A stretch of DNA of 64,000 bases from Eledone cirrhosa. Taxonomy: Eukaryota. Positions 49,987 through 63,665 of the stretch are shown here, piece by piece. Position 1 is the stretch's first letter. Each line of letters begins with the position of its first letter. The DNA lies in assembly GCA_964016885.1 (NCBI GenBank), contig OZ024749.1, forward strand, positions 14,880,001-14,944,000, in the 5' to 3' direction. The translations under genes and the position numbers were made by a program. The notes under the pieces are model-generated. The model worked only from the letters and a program-made list of their open reading frames with translations. It was not told the DNA's origin and made no database searches.

Positions 49987-50109
49987 CTTTTATTTATTTA
50001 TTTCGCGATGTTGATAGTAATAGTAGTGATGGTGGTGGTTAGGTTTTTATGAATGTGTATATCAAGTGTTTGTAGGTGGTGGTGGCAGTGTGAGAGGGTG
50101 TGTTGGTGA

Positions 50110-50366
50110 GTGAGAGAGAGTGAGAGAGAGTGAGAGAGAGAGAGAGAGGGTGAGTGAAGAGTATGTAGAGAGACAGACGGGTAGAGAGAGAGAGAGACAG
50201 ACAGACAGGTAGAGAGAGAGAGAGAGACAGACAGACAGGTAGAGAGAGAGAGAGAGACAGACAGACAGGTAGAGAGAGAAAGAGAGAGAGAGAGACAGAC
50301 AGACAGGTAGAGAGAGAGAGAGACAGACAGACAGGTAGAGAGAGAGAGACAGACAGACAGACAGGT

Positions 50367-50398
<32 letters not shown>

Positions 50399-50701
50399 GT
50401 AGAGAGAGAGAGAGACAGACAGACAGGTAGAGAGAGAGAGAGAGACAGACAGACAGGTAGAGAGAGAGAGAGAGACAGACAGACAGGTAGAGAGAGAGAG
50501 AGAGACAGACAGACAGGTAGAGAGAGAGAGAGAGACAGACAGACAGGTAGAGAGAGAGAGACAGACAGACAGACAGGTAGAGAGAGAGAGAGAGACAGAC
50601 AGACAGGTAGAGAGAGAGAGAGAGACAGACAGACAGGTAGAGAGAGAGAGACAGACAGACAGACAGGTAGAGAGAGAGAGACAGACAGACAGAGTGTGTG
50701 T

Positions 50702-50758
<57 letters not shown>

Positions 50759-51860
50759 ACTCCATGCAGGCATGCCAACTATTCAGGCCAATAAATGAGA
50801 GGTGACAGAAGGGAGGGGGTGAGAATGTGTGAACGTGGATGATACAGCTGGTGGTGCCTATAGTGATGGTGGTGGTGGTGGTGGTGGTGGTGGTGGTGCC
50901 TATAGTGATGGTGGTGGTGGTGGTGGTGCCAGTAATGGTGGCGGTGATAACTCTCTCTCTATATATATATATAATATATATATGGAGATATATGAAAGAG
51001 GTAAGGGGGGGGGGGGGGTTAAGAGAGGGGGTAAGAGAGAGAGAGAGAGAATAAGATGTGGAGAGAGGGAGGATAAGATGTGGAGAGAGGGAGGTTAAGA
51101 TGTAGAGCGAGAGAGAGGGGGTAAGATGTAGAGCGAGAGAGGGGGTAAGATGTAGAGCGAGAGAGGGGGTAAGATGTAGAGCGAGAGAGGGGGTAAGATG
51201 TAGAGCGAGAAAGAGGGGGTAAGATGGAGAGCGAGAAAGAGGGGGTAAGATGGAGAGAGAGAGAGAGGGGATAAGATCGAGAGAGAGGATAAGATGTAGA
51301 GCGAGGGTAAGATGTCGAGAGAGAGAGAGGGTAAGATGTCGAGAGAGAAAGAGTATAAGAGGTAGAGCCAGAGAGAAAGAGAATAAGATGTAGAGAGAGA
51401 GAGAGAGACTAAGATGTAGAGCGAGAGAGAGAATAAGATGTAGAGCGAGAGAGAGAATAAGATGTAGAGCGAGAGAGAGAATAAGATGTAGAGCGAGAGA
51501 GAGAATAAGATGTAGAGCGAGAGAGAGAATAAGATGTAGAGCGAGAGAGAGAATAAGATGTAGAGCGAGAGAGAGAGAGAGACTAAGATGTAGAGCGAGA
51601 GAGAGAATAAGATGTAGAGCGAGAGAGAGAGAGAGACTAAGATGTAGAGCGAGAGAGAGAATAAGATGTAGAGCGAGAGAGAGAATAAGATGTAGAGCGA
51701 GAGAGAGAGAGAGAATAAGATGTAGAGCGAGAGAGAATAAGATGTAGAGCGAGAGAGAGAGAGAGACTAAGATGTAGAGCGAGAGAGAGAATAAGATGTG
51801 GAGCGAGAGAGAGAGAGAGACTAAGATGTAGAGAGAGAGAGAGAGAGAGAATAAGATGTA
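50110..51860. repeat. (GA)n/(GACA)n compound repeats and an AATAAGATGTAGAGCGAGAG tandem repeat
   Basis: Direct reading of the sequence. Confidence 0.93.
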
Positions 51861-52275
51861 TTTAGCTTCAAACATCTGACAGAAGGTGAATAAGAAGGGA
51901 AAGAAAGAAGCTGCTCAATGATTGGAATGTATGAGGGGTGAGGTGGGGTGGGGGGTAATGTTGATATATACAGTGATGATGGTTGTAGTGAAGTGGGTGA
52001 CGATATGTATAGTGATGTGGTGGTGGTAGTGTTGTGATATATATAGTGATGTGGGTGGTGGTGGTGATGATGGCGATGTGGTGGCGGCGTGATGTTACCG
52101 ATAACTACCCTTTCCCCTTCCCCATCTACACATTTTTTCCCTCGTTGTTTCCCTAATTCACACGATGATAGCGATTGTAGTGGGAGGGGGAGGGGGAGGG
52201 GGCATGTGCCACGACCTCTGTGTATGGGTATGTGTGTATGTCTACACGTCTACGACTATGTGTGTATGTGTAAGT

Positions 52276-52319
<44 letters not shown>

Positions 52320-52702
52320 ATAACAAGACTGACTTTAGTAGGTCAAACTGTAGATTTCTAAGTAAGAGAGGGGTAGATAGATAGTGTGAGAGGAGTTGAG
52401 AGGGTTGATAGATAGATAGATAGATAGATGGGGAGAGAAAGATAGCGAGGGGTGAGAGAAAGTAGATAGAGAAGCAGGTGGTAAAAGAGTGAGAGAGAGA
52501 ACCTGGGAAGAGGAGAACTAGTTTCTTCTTGTCTAACCCCTACCCCGGGGTAATGGGTAGGTCAGACGAGGTGGGGGTAAAGAGTAGTCTGGCGTTTTCT
52601 CAGACTTTTCTTTTCACTGGGGAATTTGGTGTAGTTTGTTAGTGGTTCGTACAGTGACAGACACACACTCTGTATATATATAGGGGCATTCCTGAAGAAG
52701 CC

Positions 52703-53075
52703 ATTTCTACTATTGGCACAAGGCCAGCAAATCATCCAGTGTATTACTGGTACTTTATTTTATCGACCCCGTAAGGATGAAAGGCAAAGTTAACCTCGGC
52801 GGGATTTGAACTCAGAATGGCAATGGCCGTAACTCTATGCGTCAAAGCATGGCGTCCGACCCTCTACCGATACTGCCAGTCCACCGATGTTAACACTCTA
52901 ATGTATTGAGTACATTATTTTGGATTGGCAGTATCGGTAGAGGGTCGGACGCCATGCTTTCCAGCAGAGTTACGTCCCTTTACGGTCTGAGTTCAAATTA
53001 CGAGGTCGATAAAATCAAAGTACCAGTAATACACTGGATAATTGCTATCCTTGTGCCAAAAGAGGAAACAACTAT
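52703..53075. mobile_element. Two family B SINEs head-to-head
   Basis: Minus copy at ~52703-52886 and plus copy at ~52920-53075. Confidence 0.85.
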
Positions 53076-53532
53076 TTACTGTGGTTAGGCCCGATTTAAC
53101 TAGGAATCTACGCACACACACTCCTGTGTAGGTAGATAGAGATAGATACTGCTATTTTACATAAAATATCTTTAGTGTCCGTACTTTTCATAGGTCCCAC
53201 AGAAAATTCGTGGACTAGAGGGAGACAGACAGTTAGATACTAAGGAATTCCATCATTTGCATGAATGAATTGTGAAGATTTGAGAGGGAGCGGGTCTTAA
53301 CGGAATGTTTCTAACAACATTCAGTCCACTGTTATGGGACATTAGTGAAAGAGGGTGCAGTAAAATAGTTACAACAGGCAACACACACACACTCCACTCT
53401 CACCAAGCGTTAAACTAATAATATTTGTAACATTTACTGTGTTTGTGTTTTTTGTCATATAACCAAAGATTAATATGGCTCGTTGATTACTCAACGAATA
53501 CAATATTACAATAGATTAGAAGCACTCAACAG

Positions 53533-53574
<42 letters not shown>

Positions 53575-53995
53575 ACTCTCGCTTGTAAACACACATATTG
53601 AAAACTCCCGTTCGCTTGTAAACAGACACATATATATATATTTATATAAACCAGCATGGCCTCAGCCGGATGGCTGGAAAAGGTAAAAGAGTATAAACAC
53701 ACACATACATAGAGAGAGAGAGAGTACTCTCGTTTGCTTGTAAACACATACACACACACGTGTATAGAGAGAGACAGGGGGATATGTGTAAAATCCCGAC
53801 CGCGGCACCAAGCTCTATACCCACTCTGCATCTCCCCATGCATTGAGTACCCGTAGAGGCCATTTCAATGTAAAATGGTTCCTTTCTGACCCCCTTCGGA
53901 AAAAACATCCTTATATATATGCAGAAAGTAAACGGAAACAACACAATACCATGAAGAAATATATTAGTTTAACGCTTGATACAGTAGATAAAGAG

Positions 53996-54031
53996 TGTTT
54001 ATGTTTCGGGCACTGGTTCTTCATCAGAAGA
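53996..54031 (-). ncRNA. Degenerate minimal hammerhead motif, family A
   Basis: Minus strand reads TCTT-CTGATGA-AGAACCAGTGCCC-GAAA-CA-TA-AACA, with family A flanks. Confidence 0.5.
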
Positions 54032-54117
54032 TAGAATGAGAAATAAAAAGAGGGAGAACAGGGAAAATAATTTGGCGAAAAAGCACGTGTGTATTCAGTC
54101 GGCCATTTTGGATATAT

Positions 54118-54733
54118 ATATATAAAGTTGTAGTGCCTGTCTGTTTGTTTGTTCATGAACTCCTATAGTTTTGGAGATAGACCCCATAACCATATATATT
54201 CTGAAACTACATTGCCCAGGGTACTTGGATAAGTATATTTCACTTTAATCAAAGGGTTCCCCGGGGGCACAAATCCCCGCTGAAATGTTTTTCTCTTCGA
54301 TTTATATGAAAAGATATGATGCCTATTCACAAAATTTCAATAATATTAAGACACCCTAATGGTGGTTAAACCCCCTATTAGGGTTCCCTGCAGGCACAAA
54401 CCCCCGCTGAAAATGTTTTCCCTTCGATTTATATGAAATTTAAACTAATAGGTAAATGACAAGATATGATGCCTATTTACAAAAGTTTTGAATTGATATT
54501 TTGAAAAAAAATCATTTACAAGAAACAAAATAAGAATAAGATTTAATATAATTTTGATTTGGTATATTACAAAATATAATGTTTTCCAATTTTTCATGCA
54601 TTACATTTTACATTGAGTAGTCTTGAAATGCAGAGATTTTCTCCATAAATTATATCACTGATTTAAGATCATTCATCATTTTCTTACAAAAAAAATGTGT
54701 GAAACGCAGCAAGGCGCGGGTAATTCGGTTAGT
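54118..54733 (+). mobile_element. Non-autonomous Helitron-like element
   Basis: 5' TATATAAAG..GTCTGTTTGTTTG, an internal ~80-bp duplication, and a 3' hairpin CGCAGCAAGGCGCG followed by ..TTAGT. A similar 3' end CCCGAGCAACGCCGGG..CTTGT lies at 56223-56251. Confidence 0.6.
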
Positions 54734-55325
54734 ATATATATAAGTGTGTGACGGTTATGTTATCTATATATATATATTTCACTCCGTCCCTGCATAACGT
54801 CGAGTGTTTTAATTTATTGCATCATCGTTTACTAACCGGAACCATCAATTCCACTCATTGGTAAACAACGTAACATGAATAGTATATCGAAATATCTAAA
54901 ACAGAGAATGTCTGTCTGACTCCCTAACGCTCGAGAACCACCCAGCCGAGTTTTTTCAAACTTTACACATGTAATCCTTATGATCGTATGAGTGTTTTGA
55001 GCAAAAAAATTTCAAATTTTCAATGCCCTAGGGACCGCATTAGGCGCCGGTTAGCGATCTCTGTCTTTTTAGATAGATGCATAGCGCCCTTATAATATGT
55101 CTGTATGTCTGCATTACGAAATTATGACACTATCTGTGTGTGTGTGTGTATATATGTATATATATAGTGTGTACATACATACATACATACATACATACAT
55201 ACATACATACATACATACATACATACATACATACATACATACATACATACATACATACATACATACATACATACATACATACATACATACATACATACAT
55301 ACATACATACATACATACATACATA

Positions 55326-55657
55326 GAGGCACATGGCTTAGTGGTTAGAGCATTGGCCTTGCAATCGAAAGGTTGTGAGTTCAATTCTCAGACCGGGTGA
55401 TGTGTTGTTTCCTTGAGCAAGACACTTTATTTCACATTGTTCCAGTTTACTCAGCTGTAGAAATGAGATGATAGGGACCCCAGTCCCTATCATTCCACTG
55501 CAAAGTGGTTGTGGAGGTGCCACGGCAAAAAAATACCCAGCACTCATTGTAAATGAGGTTGGTGTTAGGAAGGGCATCCAGCTGTAGAAATCAAGCCAGA
55601 ATCAGTTCCCGTCCCACCCTTGCAAGCAGGAAAAAGCGGACGTAAAATGATGATGAT
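55326..55657 (+). mobile_element. tRNA-headed SINE family A, full length
   Basis: TGGCTTAGTGG A box, GAGTTCAATTC B box, RTE-type tail and (ATG)n. Confidence 0.88.
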
Positions 55658-56274
55658 ATATATAGTGTGTAACGTTTTTCGAAATATTTACTTCTGCGTT
55701 CACAGATTGATTTTTTTAGTTTCAGAAGATCCCGTTAAGGGTGAAAGCAGCGATTCTTCGCTTAAACTTTAATCTGTTATTTTAATATATATATATATAT
55801 AGATATATATATAATTATATATTCGTGTACAGATATTTTTGCATACACAATAACAAAATATAAACAAACGTATTTATTTCACGAGGCTCGATAAGGATAA
55901 ATATATATCAAATATATAAGAACCCTAGAGCAAATATTGTTCTCATTGCTGACGAGGCAGAAGGGGATTCACACCATTGGCTGAAGAAGGACGAGACTGT
56001 GTTAGTAGTACAACCAACGGCTGCCATCACACCAACAGCAGGAAAAACAACAAAAAAAAGGGGGAACGCAATTACATGCTTTTGAAAAATCTTAATGGAA
56101 AATTATTTGCCTTTTCACCCAGGGCGACTTCACTTTTTATTAGGACTTCTGCATCAATTGGTGAACATACGACGAAACTGTTTCAGAAAGGAGGGATAAA
56201 CATGCCAATCTATGTTTAGAATCCCGAGCAACGCCGGGCCATTCTGCTTGTATATATTATTATTATTAGGGCGA

Positions 56275-56892
56275 GGGATTGGCAGTATCGGTAGAGGGTC
56301 GGACGCCATGCTTTGCAGCATAGAGTTATGTCCCTTTACAGTCTTAGTTCAAATCCCGCCGAGGTTAACTTTGCTTTCATCCTTACGGGATCGATAAAAT
56401 AAAGTACCAGTAATTCGCTGGAATAATTGCAAGCTTTGTGCCAAAAGTAGAAACAATTATTATTAGGGTCGATAAAAGATTGGTGGGGTACCTAAGCGAA
56501 CCCTGAGTGGTCCACCCCCCCCTATTGGGAAATGTTTCTTGTTACTTTGTTATTCATATTGTTTACTCGGTTTTTCTGTAAAACCCCACTGTCCCAGTCT
56601 TTTGTATTGTCCCCTATATGCCGGCCCTTGTGGCCAATAAATGAAATCATTATTAAAGTACCAGTAATGTACTGGTAATTTGCTGGCTTTGTGCCAAAAG
56701 TAGAAAATTATTATTACTAGTAGAGGGCGGTGGATTGGTAGAGGGTTGAACATGCTTTGCAGCATAGTTACGTCCCTTTACGATCTGAGTTCAAATCCCG
56801 CCATTCATCCTTACGAGGTCGATAAAATAAAGTACCAGTAATGTACTGGTTAATTGCTGGCCTTGTGCCGAAAGTAGAAACAATTATTATTA
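56275..56892 (+). mobile_element. Cluster of family B SINEs with a nested unrelated 3'-end fragment (~56478-56655)
   Basis: Copies at 56275-56463, 56466-56712 (interrupted) and 56725-56892. Confidence 0.8.
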
Positions 56893-56896
56893 CTAC

Positions 56897-56946
<50 letters not shown>

Positions 56947-57365
56947 AAGTTTAAGCAAAGAATTTCTGCTTTCACCTCTTTACGGAGACGCAGAAGCAGA
57001 TATTTAAAAAAACGTTACAAAATGTTGATCAAATATATATATAATTACTACAGTATATATATGTGTGTGTAACCGTCACACTGGCAATCGAGGATGACGT
57101 GGTATCGGTATGTACCATTCGTTCTTTCGCTAATTTGTTTTAGGTAAACAGTGTAGTCGCGTGCATTCTCACATCCGTCCGTCTGACCCTTGACCCTATG
57201 GGATAGCCAGGATGATGAAAGAGTGAGGGAAGGGCTGTATCAGTACTTGACTGTTACTTTCTTGACGACCACCACCACAGAAAAGATCAAAGCGAAAATT
57301 GACCAATATCATCACCTTCAGTGTATGTATTTGAATGTGTTTATGTATGTGTTTGCGTGTCACTG

Positions 57366-57396
<31 letters not shown>

Positions 57397-57484
57397 GTAG
57401 GAGGTGAGTTTTATTGTAGCACAATAAAGCAATGCAAATATCGGATAAGTAGCACTCAACAGTCTATTGGACTGGAGTATATAT

Positions 57485-57705
57485 AAGAAGAAATTAAAAG
57501 ATGGTTAAAAAAGTTCCATGTATTTTATTATGCGCATTTCAAAAACAGATACTACCTTGCTCACAAGTTTTTTTTTTAAGCTTCATATCATGTCTCCCTA
57601 TTTTATCTGACGAGAACGCAAATATCGTCCCAGGATGATATTTGTTTTTGAAATGCGCATAATAAAATACATGGAACTTTTTTAACCATCTTTTAATTTC
57701 TTCTT
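57485..57705. mobile_element. Asymmetric fold-back unit carrying a hammerhead
   Basis: 57485-57551 is the reverse complement of ~57639-57705. Confidence 0.85.
57599..57669 (+). ncRNA. Type I hammerhead ribozyme fold, family D
   Basis: TATTTTAT-CTGACGA-GAACGCAAATATCGTC CCAG GATGATATTTGTTTTT-GAAA-TGCGCA-TA-ATAAAATA, with a perfect 8-bp stem I and palindromic stem III. Confidence 0.85.
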
Positions 57706-59371
57706 GTATATATATATAAATGGAAAAGGATGAAACGAAATTTCATTTCTCACTCTTAGTACGGCTGATACTTAAATGCAAGTATGTACACGTACATACA
57801 TATATGTATGTACGTGTACATACCATATATGTATTGTGTTAGCATCGCCTTCCCGCTTTGATATCAATGTCCTCGCGCGCGTATGAATGAATGTATACGT
57901 GGTACCCAGCTTCCTCCCCTCCCTCTCTTATTGTGACAATGGCCGGTGTGTGTGTGTGTATATATATGTGTGTGAGTATACGTGTACGTGGTACCAGCAT
58001 CAATCTTCCTCTTAAATTGACAATGTCCCGTATGTGGGTGTGTGTCTGAGTACGTATGTGTGCGTTTCAATGTATATATATATATATGTCTGTATATGTA
58101 TATGCCTGTGTGTGTGAATATGTGTGTATATGTGTGCGTGCGTGTCTATGAATATGTATATATGCCTGTTTTTGAATACGTGTCTGTGTGTGTATACGTA
58201 TCTACATGCCTGTTTGTATACGTGTGTGTGTCTATATGTGTCTGCATGTCTGTATATGTTAACATATCTATGTGTGTGCGTATCTGTATGTATGTGCATA
58301 TACGTGTCTACGTGTCTGTATATGTATAGGTGTCTCTTGTGTGTGTATAAGTGTCTGTGTGTGCGTATAGTATACTCTTTTACCCGTTTCAGCCATCCGG
58401 CTGAGGCCATGCTGGGGCACCGCCCTTGATACTTTCTGCATGTGTATACGTGTCTGTATGTGTGTAGTCTCTATATATATGTATGTGTGTAGTCTCTGTA
58501 TGTGTGTGTACATGTTTATACGTGTGTACAGTCTCTATATATGTATGTGTGTAGTTGAGTGTGTACAGTGTCTGTGTATGTGTACGTGAGTAGATGAGTG
58601 TGTACAGTCTATGTATGTGTGTAGATGAGTGTACAGTCTATGTATGTGTGTGTAGGTGAGTGTGTATGCCGTTGACAGACACCTGTCACCTTTAACCCTC
58701 CCTCCTCCCTACTCCTTCTACGGAGAAATATTTCAAATTATTTTGACAGCTCAGCGTTTCTAGCGATGAGTAAGAAAGAAGCGGAATTCAAGGAAAGATA
58801 ACTGACTAGACTTAAACTTAAATTGTTTCGTCTGGGGCTGTGTGTGTATATGTGGTATGAGTGTGCTTGAGGTATCTGTGGGCGTGTGTGTATGTGTGCG
58901 TGTTTGTGGTGTCTGTGTGCGTGCTTGTGTATGTCTGTGTGCGTGTGTTTGTGTTGTATGCGTGGTGTCTGTATTTGTGTATGTGTGCTTGTGTATGCCT
59001 GTGTGTCTGGTGTATGCGTGGTGTCTGTATGTCTGTGTGTAGTGTGTGGTGTGTGGTGTGTGTGTGTGTATATCTGTGAATGTGTATGTGTAAAAGGAGA
59101 TATAGACGTTAAATAGACTGTGTGGTGATAAATGAAGACATGTTTATAAACCAGACGAGGAATATGATGGTGATGATGGTGGTGGTGGTGATGCTGATGG
59201 CCGGTTGTTAGATGAGACGAAGGAAACCGTTTCCATTGGTCGTTCCAATGTTAATATCTAACTGCCGTAACAACTGGCAGGAGGGATTTGGACTCAGACA
59301 GAGTCGGATCAAATAACAAAGTTCTTAACTCTACTTCAGTATTGGGTACTCTTTTCACTCCGCCGTCAACT

Positions 59372-59455
<84 letters not shown>

Positions 59456-59534
59456 CGATTGAGTTCAATAACGTTACATCATGGTATTTTGAATGGTTTC
59501 CAACTTCACTCTTGTAATCTTATTGAAGAAAGTC

Positions 59535-59643
<109 letters not shown>

Positions 59644-60243
59644 GATGATAGAGATACAGACAATGATATATATATATAGAGAGAGAGAAAGAGAGAGAGA
59701 AAGAGAGAGGGAAAGAAAGAGAGAGGGAAAGAGAGAGAGAGGGGGAAAGAGAGAGAGAGGGGGAAAGAGAGAGAGAGGGGGAAAGAGAGAGAGAGAGTGT
59801 GTATAAGAGAGAGAGAGAGTGTGTATATGAGAGAGAGAGAGAGTGTGTGTAAATGAGAGAGAGTGTGCGTGTATATGAGAGAGAGAGAGAGTGTGCGTGT
59901 ATATGAGAGAGAGAGAGAGTGTGTATATGGGAGAAAGAGAGAGAGAGAGTGTGTGTGTGTGTGTGTGTATATGAGAGAGAGTGTATATGAGGGATAGACA
60001 GAGATAGTTAAAGCGAGAGAGAGAGAATTATCTATTGATGTCAGAGTTTCCTAGACTTATGTTCCTAAACATATGATTTTCAAAAAATATATATAATAGC
60101 CTCAGACCCCCATATCTCTCTATAATAACGACATATATAGACCTATATATATATTATGTGTACATATAATAAACATACATGTAATTAATATAAGTTGTGT
60201 ATGATCATATCATAACTAAACTCCAATATCCGTGTAAGAGCAA

Positions 60244-60284
60244 CTGCTGATGATGAGTAATAACTCTGAAATACACGTATACAG
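60244..60284 (+). ncRNA. Minimal type I hammerhead fold, family E
   Basis: CTG-CTGATGA-T GAGT AATA ACTC T-GAAA-TAC AC GTA-TA-CAG. Confidence 0.65.
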
Positions 60285-60364
60285 CATTCTTACACCAATG
60301 CCGAGGTAGATGTGATAGGATCACAGCTAGACTATATATACCTGGTTATTATATATAAACAGTA

Positions 60365-60582
60365 CGGTGGATTGGTAGTAATCGGCAGAGCATCGGGCAA
60401 CGTGCTTTGTGGCATATAGTTACGTCCCTTTACATACTGAGTTCAAATCTCATCGAAGTTAACTCTGCCTTTCATCCTTACGGGGTCGATAAAATAAAGT
60501 ACCAGTAACGCACTGGGGTCGATTTCATCGACATTCCCTCCTTCCAACATCAATGGCCTTGTGCCTGAAACAGAAACCATTA
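60365..60582 (+). mobile_element. SINE family B, older variant
   Basis: Same head and middle, plus an extra GGGGTCGATTTCATCGAC segment. Confidence 0.8.
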
Positions 60583-60614
60583 TACATACTCTCGAGTCAC
60601 CCCCACCTATTAGT

Positions 60615-60910
60615 TTTTGCTAAGTCCTCAAACACTTCTTCCAGCGGGTCCTGTCAGAAGCAACCATCTCCAACTGATCCGGCTTGAACCCCAAGCAGAC
60701 CAGCCAAGCTCATGGATATTATCCAACCATCTTAATCGGGCTCTACCTCTGGATCTCCAGCCGATTTGTTTTGCTCTGTCCAACGATTCTTTCCTGAGCC
60801 ATTCTAATCACATGTCTGTAGTATCGGAGCTGTGATCTCTCAATTCAGAGAAGTAGCGGCTCTACCCGGAGAGACTCTCTAATCTCCGACATACGCACGT
60901 TACCCCATTT
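60615..60910 (-). mobile_element. Old RTE-clade 3' fragment (Rex3/Expander-like)
   Basis: Minus strand reads SEIRESLRVEPLLL*IERSQLRYYRHVIRMAQERI and RSRGRARLRWLDNI. Confidence 0.75.
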
Positions 60911-61431
60911 CGGCCGTTTGTATTCGCGATCGTATTCTTTTGGTCATTGTAAACTAAACGACTAATTCTGGTCTTTAAAAAATCAACGGAGACAACCTAG
61001 AAAAAATACCGATCCACCCATACTCCCGCTTGTTCCCCCACCCTATTATTTGGGACACGAAGTAGGTCCAAATACACCTTCTGCGTCAGAGATTCGTTAC
61101 AATAATTTAGACAATTGTCACCACTCTAATTTTAAGATGTTAACTGAATCAGAAATTGCTTTAAAGATAGAGAAATGATATCACCACCATAATCATAATC
61201 ATCACCACCACCACTCCCGTTTAATGTCTATTTTCCATGCTTGCATGGGTTAGACACGTTGTTACGTTAGCTATGTCGTGCTCACACCAATCTATTTTGG
61301 GCAGAGTTTCTACGCTTGACTGCGTGTACAAAGAGTGCTTTTCTTCTCACAGCGGAACGGAACATAAGACCACAGTTAAATAAGGGACTTAGTACTTTAA
61401 TCATAGCAGGTACGTCATTTAATTCAACTGA

Positions 61432-61682
61432 ATAATAATTGTTTCTACTTTTGGCACAAGGCCAGCAATTACCCAGTGCATTACTGGTACTTTATTTTAT
61501 CGACCCCGTAAGGATGAAAGGCAAAGTTAACCTCGGCGGGATTTGAACTCAGACCATAACAGACTGTAACTCTATGCTGCAAAGCATGGTGTCCGACTCT
61601 CTACCGGGGTCGATAAAATAAAGTACCAGTAATGCACTGAATTAATTGCTGGCCTTGTGTCCAAAGTAGAAACAATTATAAT
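61432..61682. mobile_element. Family B SINE fused to an inverted 3' half of itself
   Basis: Minus copy 61432-61606 joins directly to plus-strand GGGGTCGATAAAATAAAGTACC..GAAACAATTA. Confidence 0.8.
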
Positions 61683-61723
61683 TATCTACTTTCCTTTGAG
61701 AATGGTTTCTATAGTCCTATCTT

Positions 61724-61775
<52 letters not shown>

Positions 61776-61865
61776 GCTTCAGTGCGTTACTGGTACTTTA
61801 TTTTATATGTTGATTTAACACTTCACTGCTCGCAAGTGTTTTTTAAGCTTCATATCATGTCTCCC

Positions 61866-61936
61866 TATTTTATCTGATGAGAACGCAAATATCATCCCAT
61901 GATGATATTTGTTTTTGAAATGCGCATAATAAAATA
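61866..61936 (+). ncRNA. Type I hammerhead ribozyme fold, family D (second copy)
   Basis: TATTTTAT-CTGATGA-GAACGCAAATATCATC CCAT GATGATATTTGTTTTT-GAAA-TGCGCA-TA-ATAAAATA. Confidence 0.85.
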
Positions 61937-62661
61937 CTTGGAACTCTTAACCATATTTTGATCTTATACTATATATATATATACTAATGGCCAACGTATG
62001 TTGAGATATGGCCAGCTGTTATACATTGAAACGTCCGTCAAGTAAAATTATGTTAATTTATTAAATATATATATGTGTGTGTGTATGTGTATGTGTATGT
62101 GTGTGTGTGTGTATGTTATGTATTTCTGTAGAAAAGGTAGAGGAAAGAAGAGTGCTCTATGTGTAGTACTGAGCTATTTCATTACATAATAAACAACACA
62201 ATATAATTATCCCATAACCAAATGTTTCAGGAAACTAGACAATCTTAACAGAAACGTCCGGTACGCTCAACAGATGAAATATTTATGTAAATATATATAT
62301 ATGAGAGAGAGGTGCAGAAACCGAGAGAGACGGAGAGAAGGGGGTTGCCTCTACCGAACAAAATTTGTTTATAAAAAATGTAAGGATGGGAAAGTAAGCG
62401 GGCGAGTGGATGTACAAGAGAATAATTAATAACTACATGAAAACGATGGCCGCCTCTTTTGTTTATCTTAAAGATAGGGAGCCATAGAGAACATGTTAAT
62501 GGAGTGAGGAGGGAGGTTTGACAACTTTACCTCTCAACAGTAAAGAGGTGGTGTGGTGGCAGATAGCGGAAGTAATTAACTTAGTTGATTTTATTATTTA
62601 ACGAACACACGGCCCTTGTGGCCAATAAATGAAATCATTATTTAACGAACACACACATATA

Positions 62662-62841
62662 TATAATTGTTTCTATTTTAGGCACAAGGCCAGCAATTAC
62701 CCAGTACATTACTGGTATTTTATTTTATCGACCCCGTAAGGATGAAAGGCAAAGTTAACCTCGGCCGGATTTGAACTCAGATCGTAAAGGGACGTAACTA
62801 TGCTGGAAAGCATGTCCGACCCTCTACCGATACTACCAATT
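62662..62841 (-). mobile_element. SINE family B
   Basis: Reverse complement of the family consensus seen elsewhere in the window. Confidence 0.88.
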
Positions 62842-63237
62842 CACACACATATATATATAATGAGTCGACAATGGAGTGGTCACTAGACCTGCTAGAAATG
62901 ACCAACAAGACAGCCCTGAGGACGAAAAGGCATTAAATGACTGGGAAAATATGGTAGTCAGACAAAATGTACATTGGAAAAAAACCCCAGGACAAAATCA
63001 AACAGAATATATATATATAAACAACAGACAAAAACAAGATGGTGGAGGACGGAACAAAGGGGATACACAAAATAACAAATCAGTCACCGAGAAAGTCACT
63101 TAATGTGTGACGAAAGAGCTTTGACAATATATAAACAAACATCCGGTTATTGAACCAACCGGAAATTTGTAATAAATTGAAGTGGAAACCAACAGGTGTG
63201 TGTGTTTTATTGGTAGCATCACCCTCCCAAAGTATAA

Positions 63238-63290
<53 letters not shown>

Positions 63291-63376
63291 TTGTTGAAAG
63301 TCCGACAAATATAAATGTTTATAACTGATTTAGAGCACTCAACAGTCACTGGAGTAAATATTCAATGATATTAAAT

Positions 63377-63566
63377 ATAATTGTTTCTACTTTTGGCACA
63401 AGGCCAGCAATTACCCAGTGTATTACTGGTACTTTATTTTATCGACTCCGTAAGGATGAAAAACAAAGATAACCTCGTCGGGATTTGAACTCAGACCGTA
63501 AAGGGACGTAACTCTGCTGGAAAGCATGGCGTCCGACTCTCTACCGATACTGCCAATCCACCGCCG
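63377..63566 (-). mobile_element. SINE family B, near full length
   Basis: Reverse complement from the GGCGGTGGATTGGCAG head to the GTAGAAACAATT tail. Confidence 0.88.
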
Positions 63567-63618
63567 TATTTAAATAAATATTTAATATCAATGATATTAA
63601 ATAATATTTATTTAATAT

Positions 63619-63665
<47 letters not shown>

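Noticed and set aside
52685-52702. CTGAAGAAGCC next to a SINE
   Set aside because: The rest of the core is not recoverable beyond the SINE pair.
55330-55400. tRNA gene
   Set aside because: It is a SINE head: A and B boxes are present but it continues into the SINE body with no acceptor stem.
57782-57823. 42-bp palindrome
   Set aside because: Built from alternating purine-pyrimidine low-complexity sequence.
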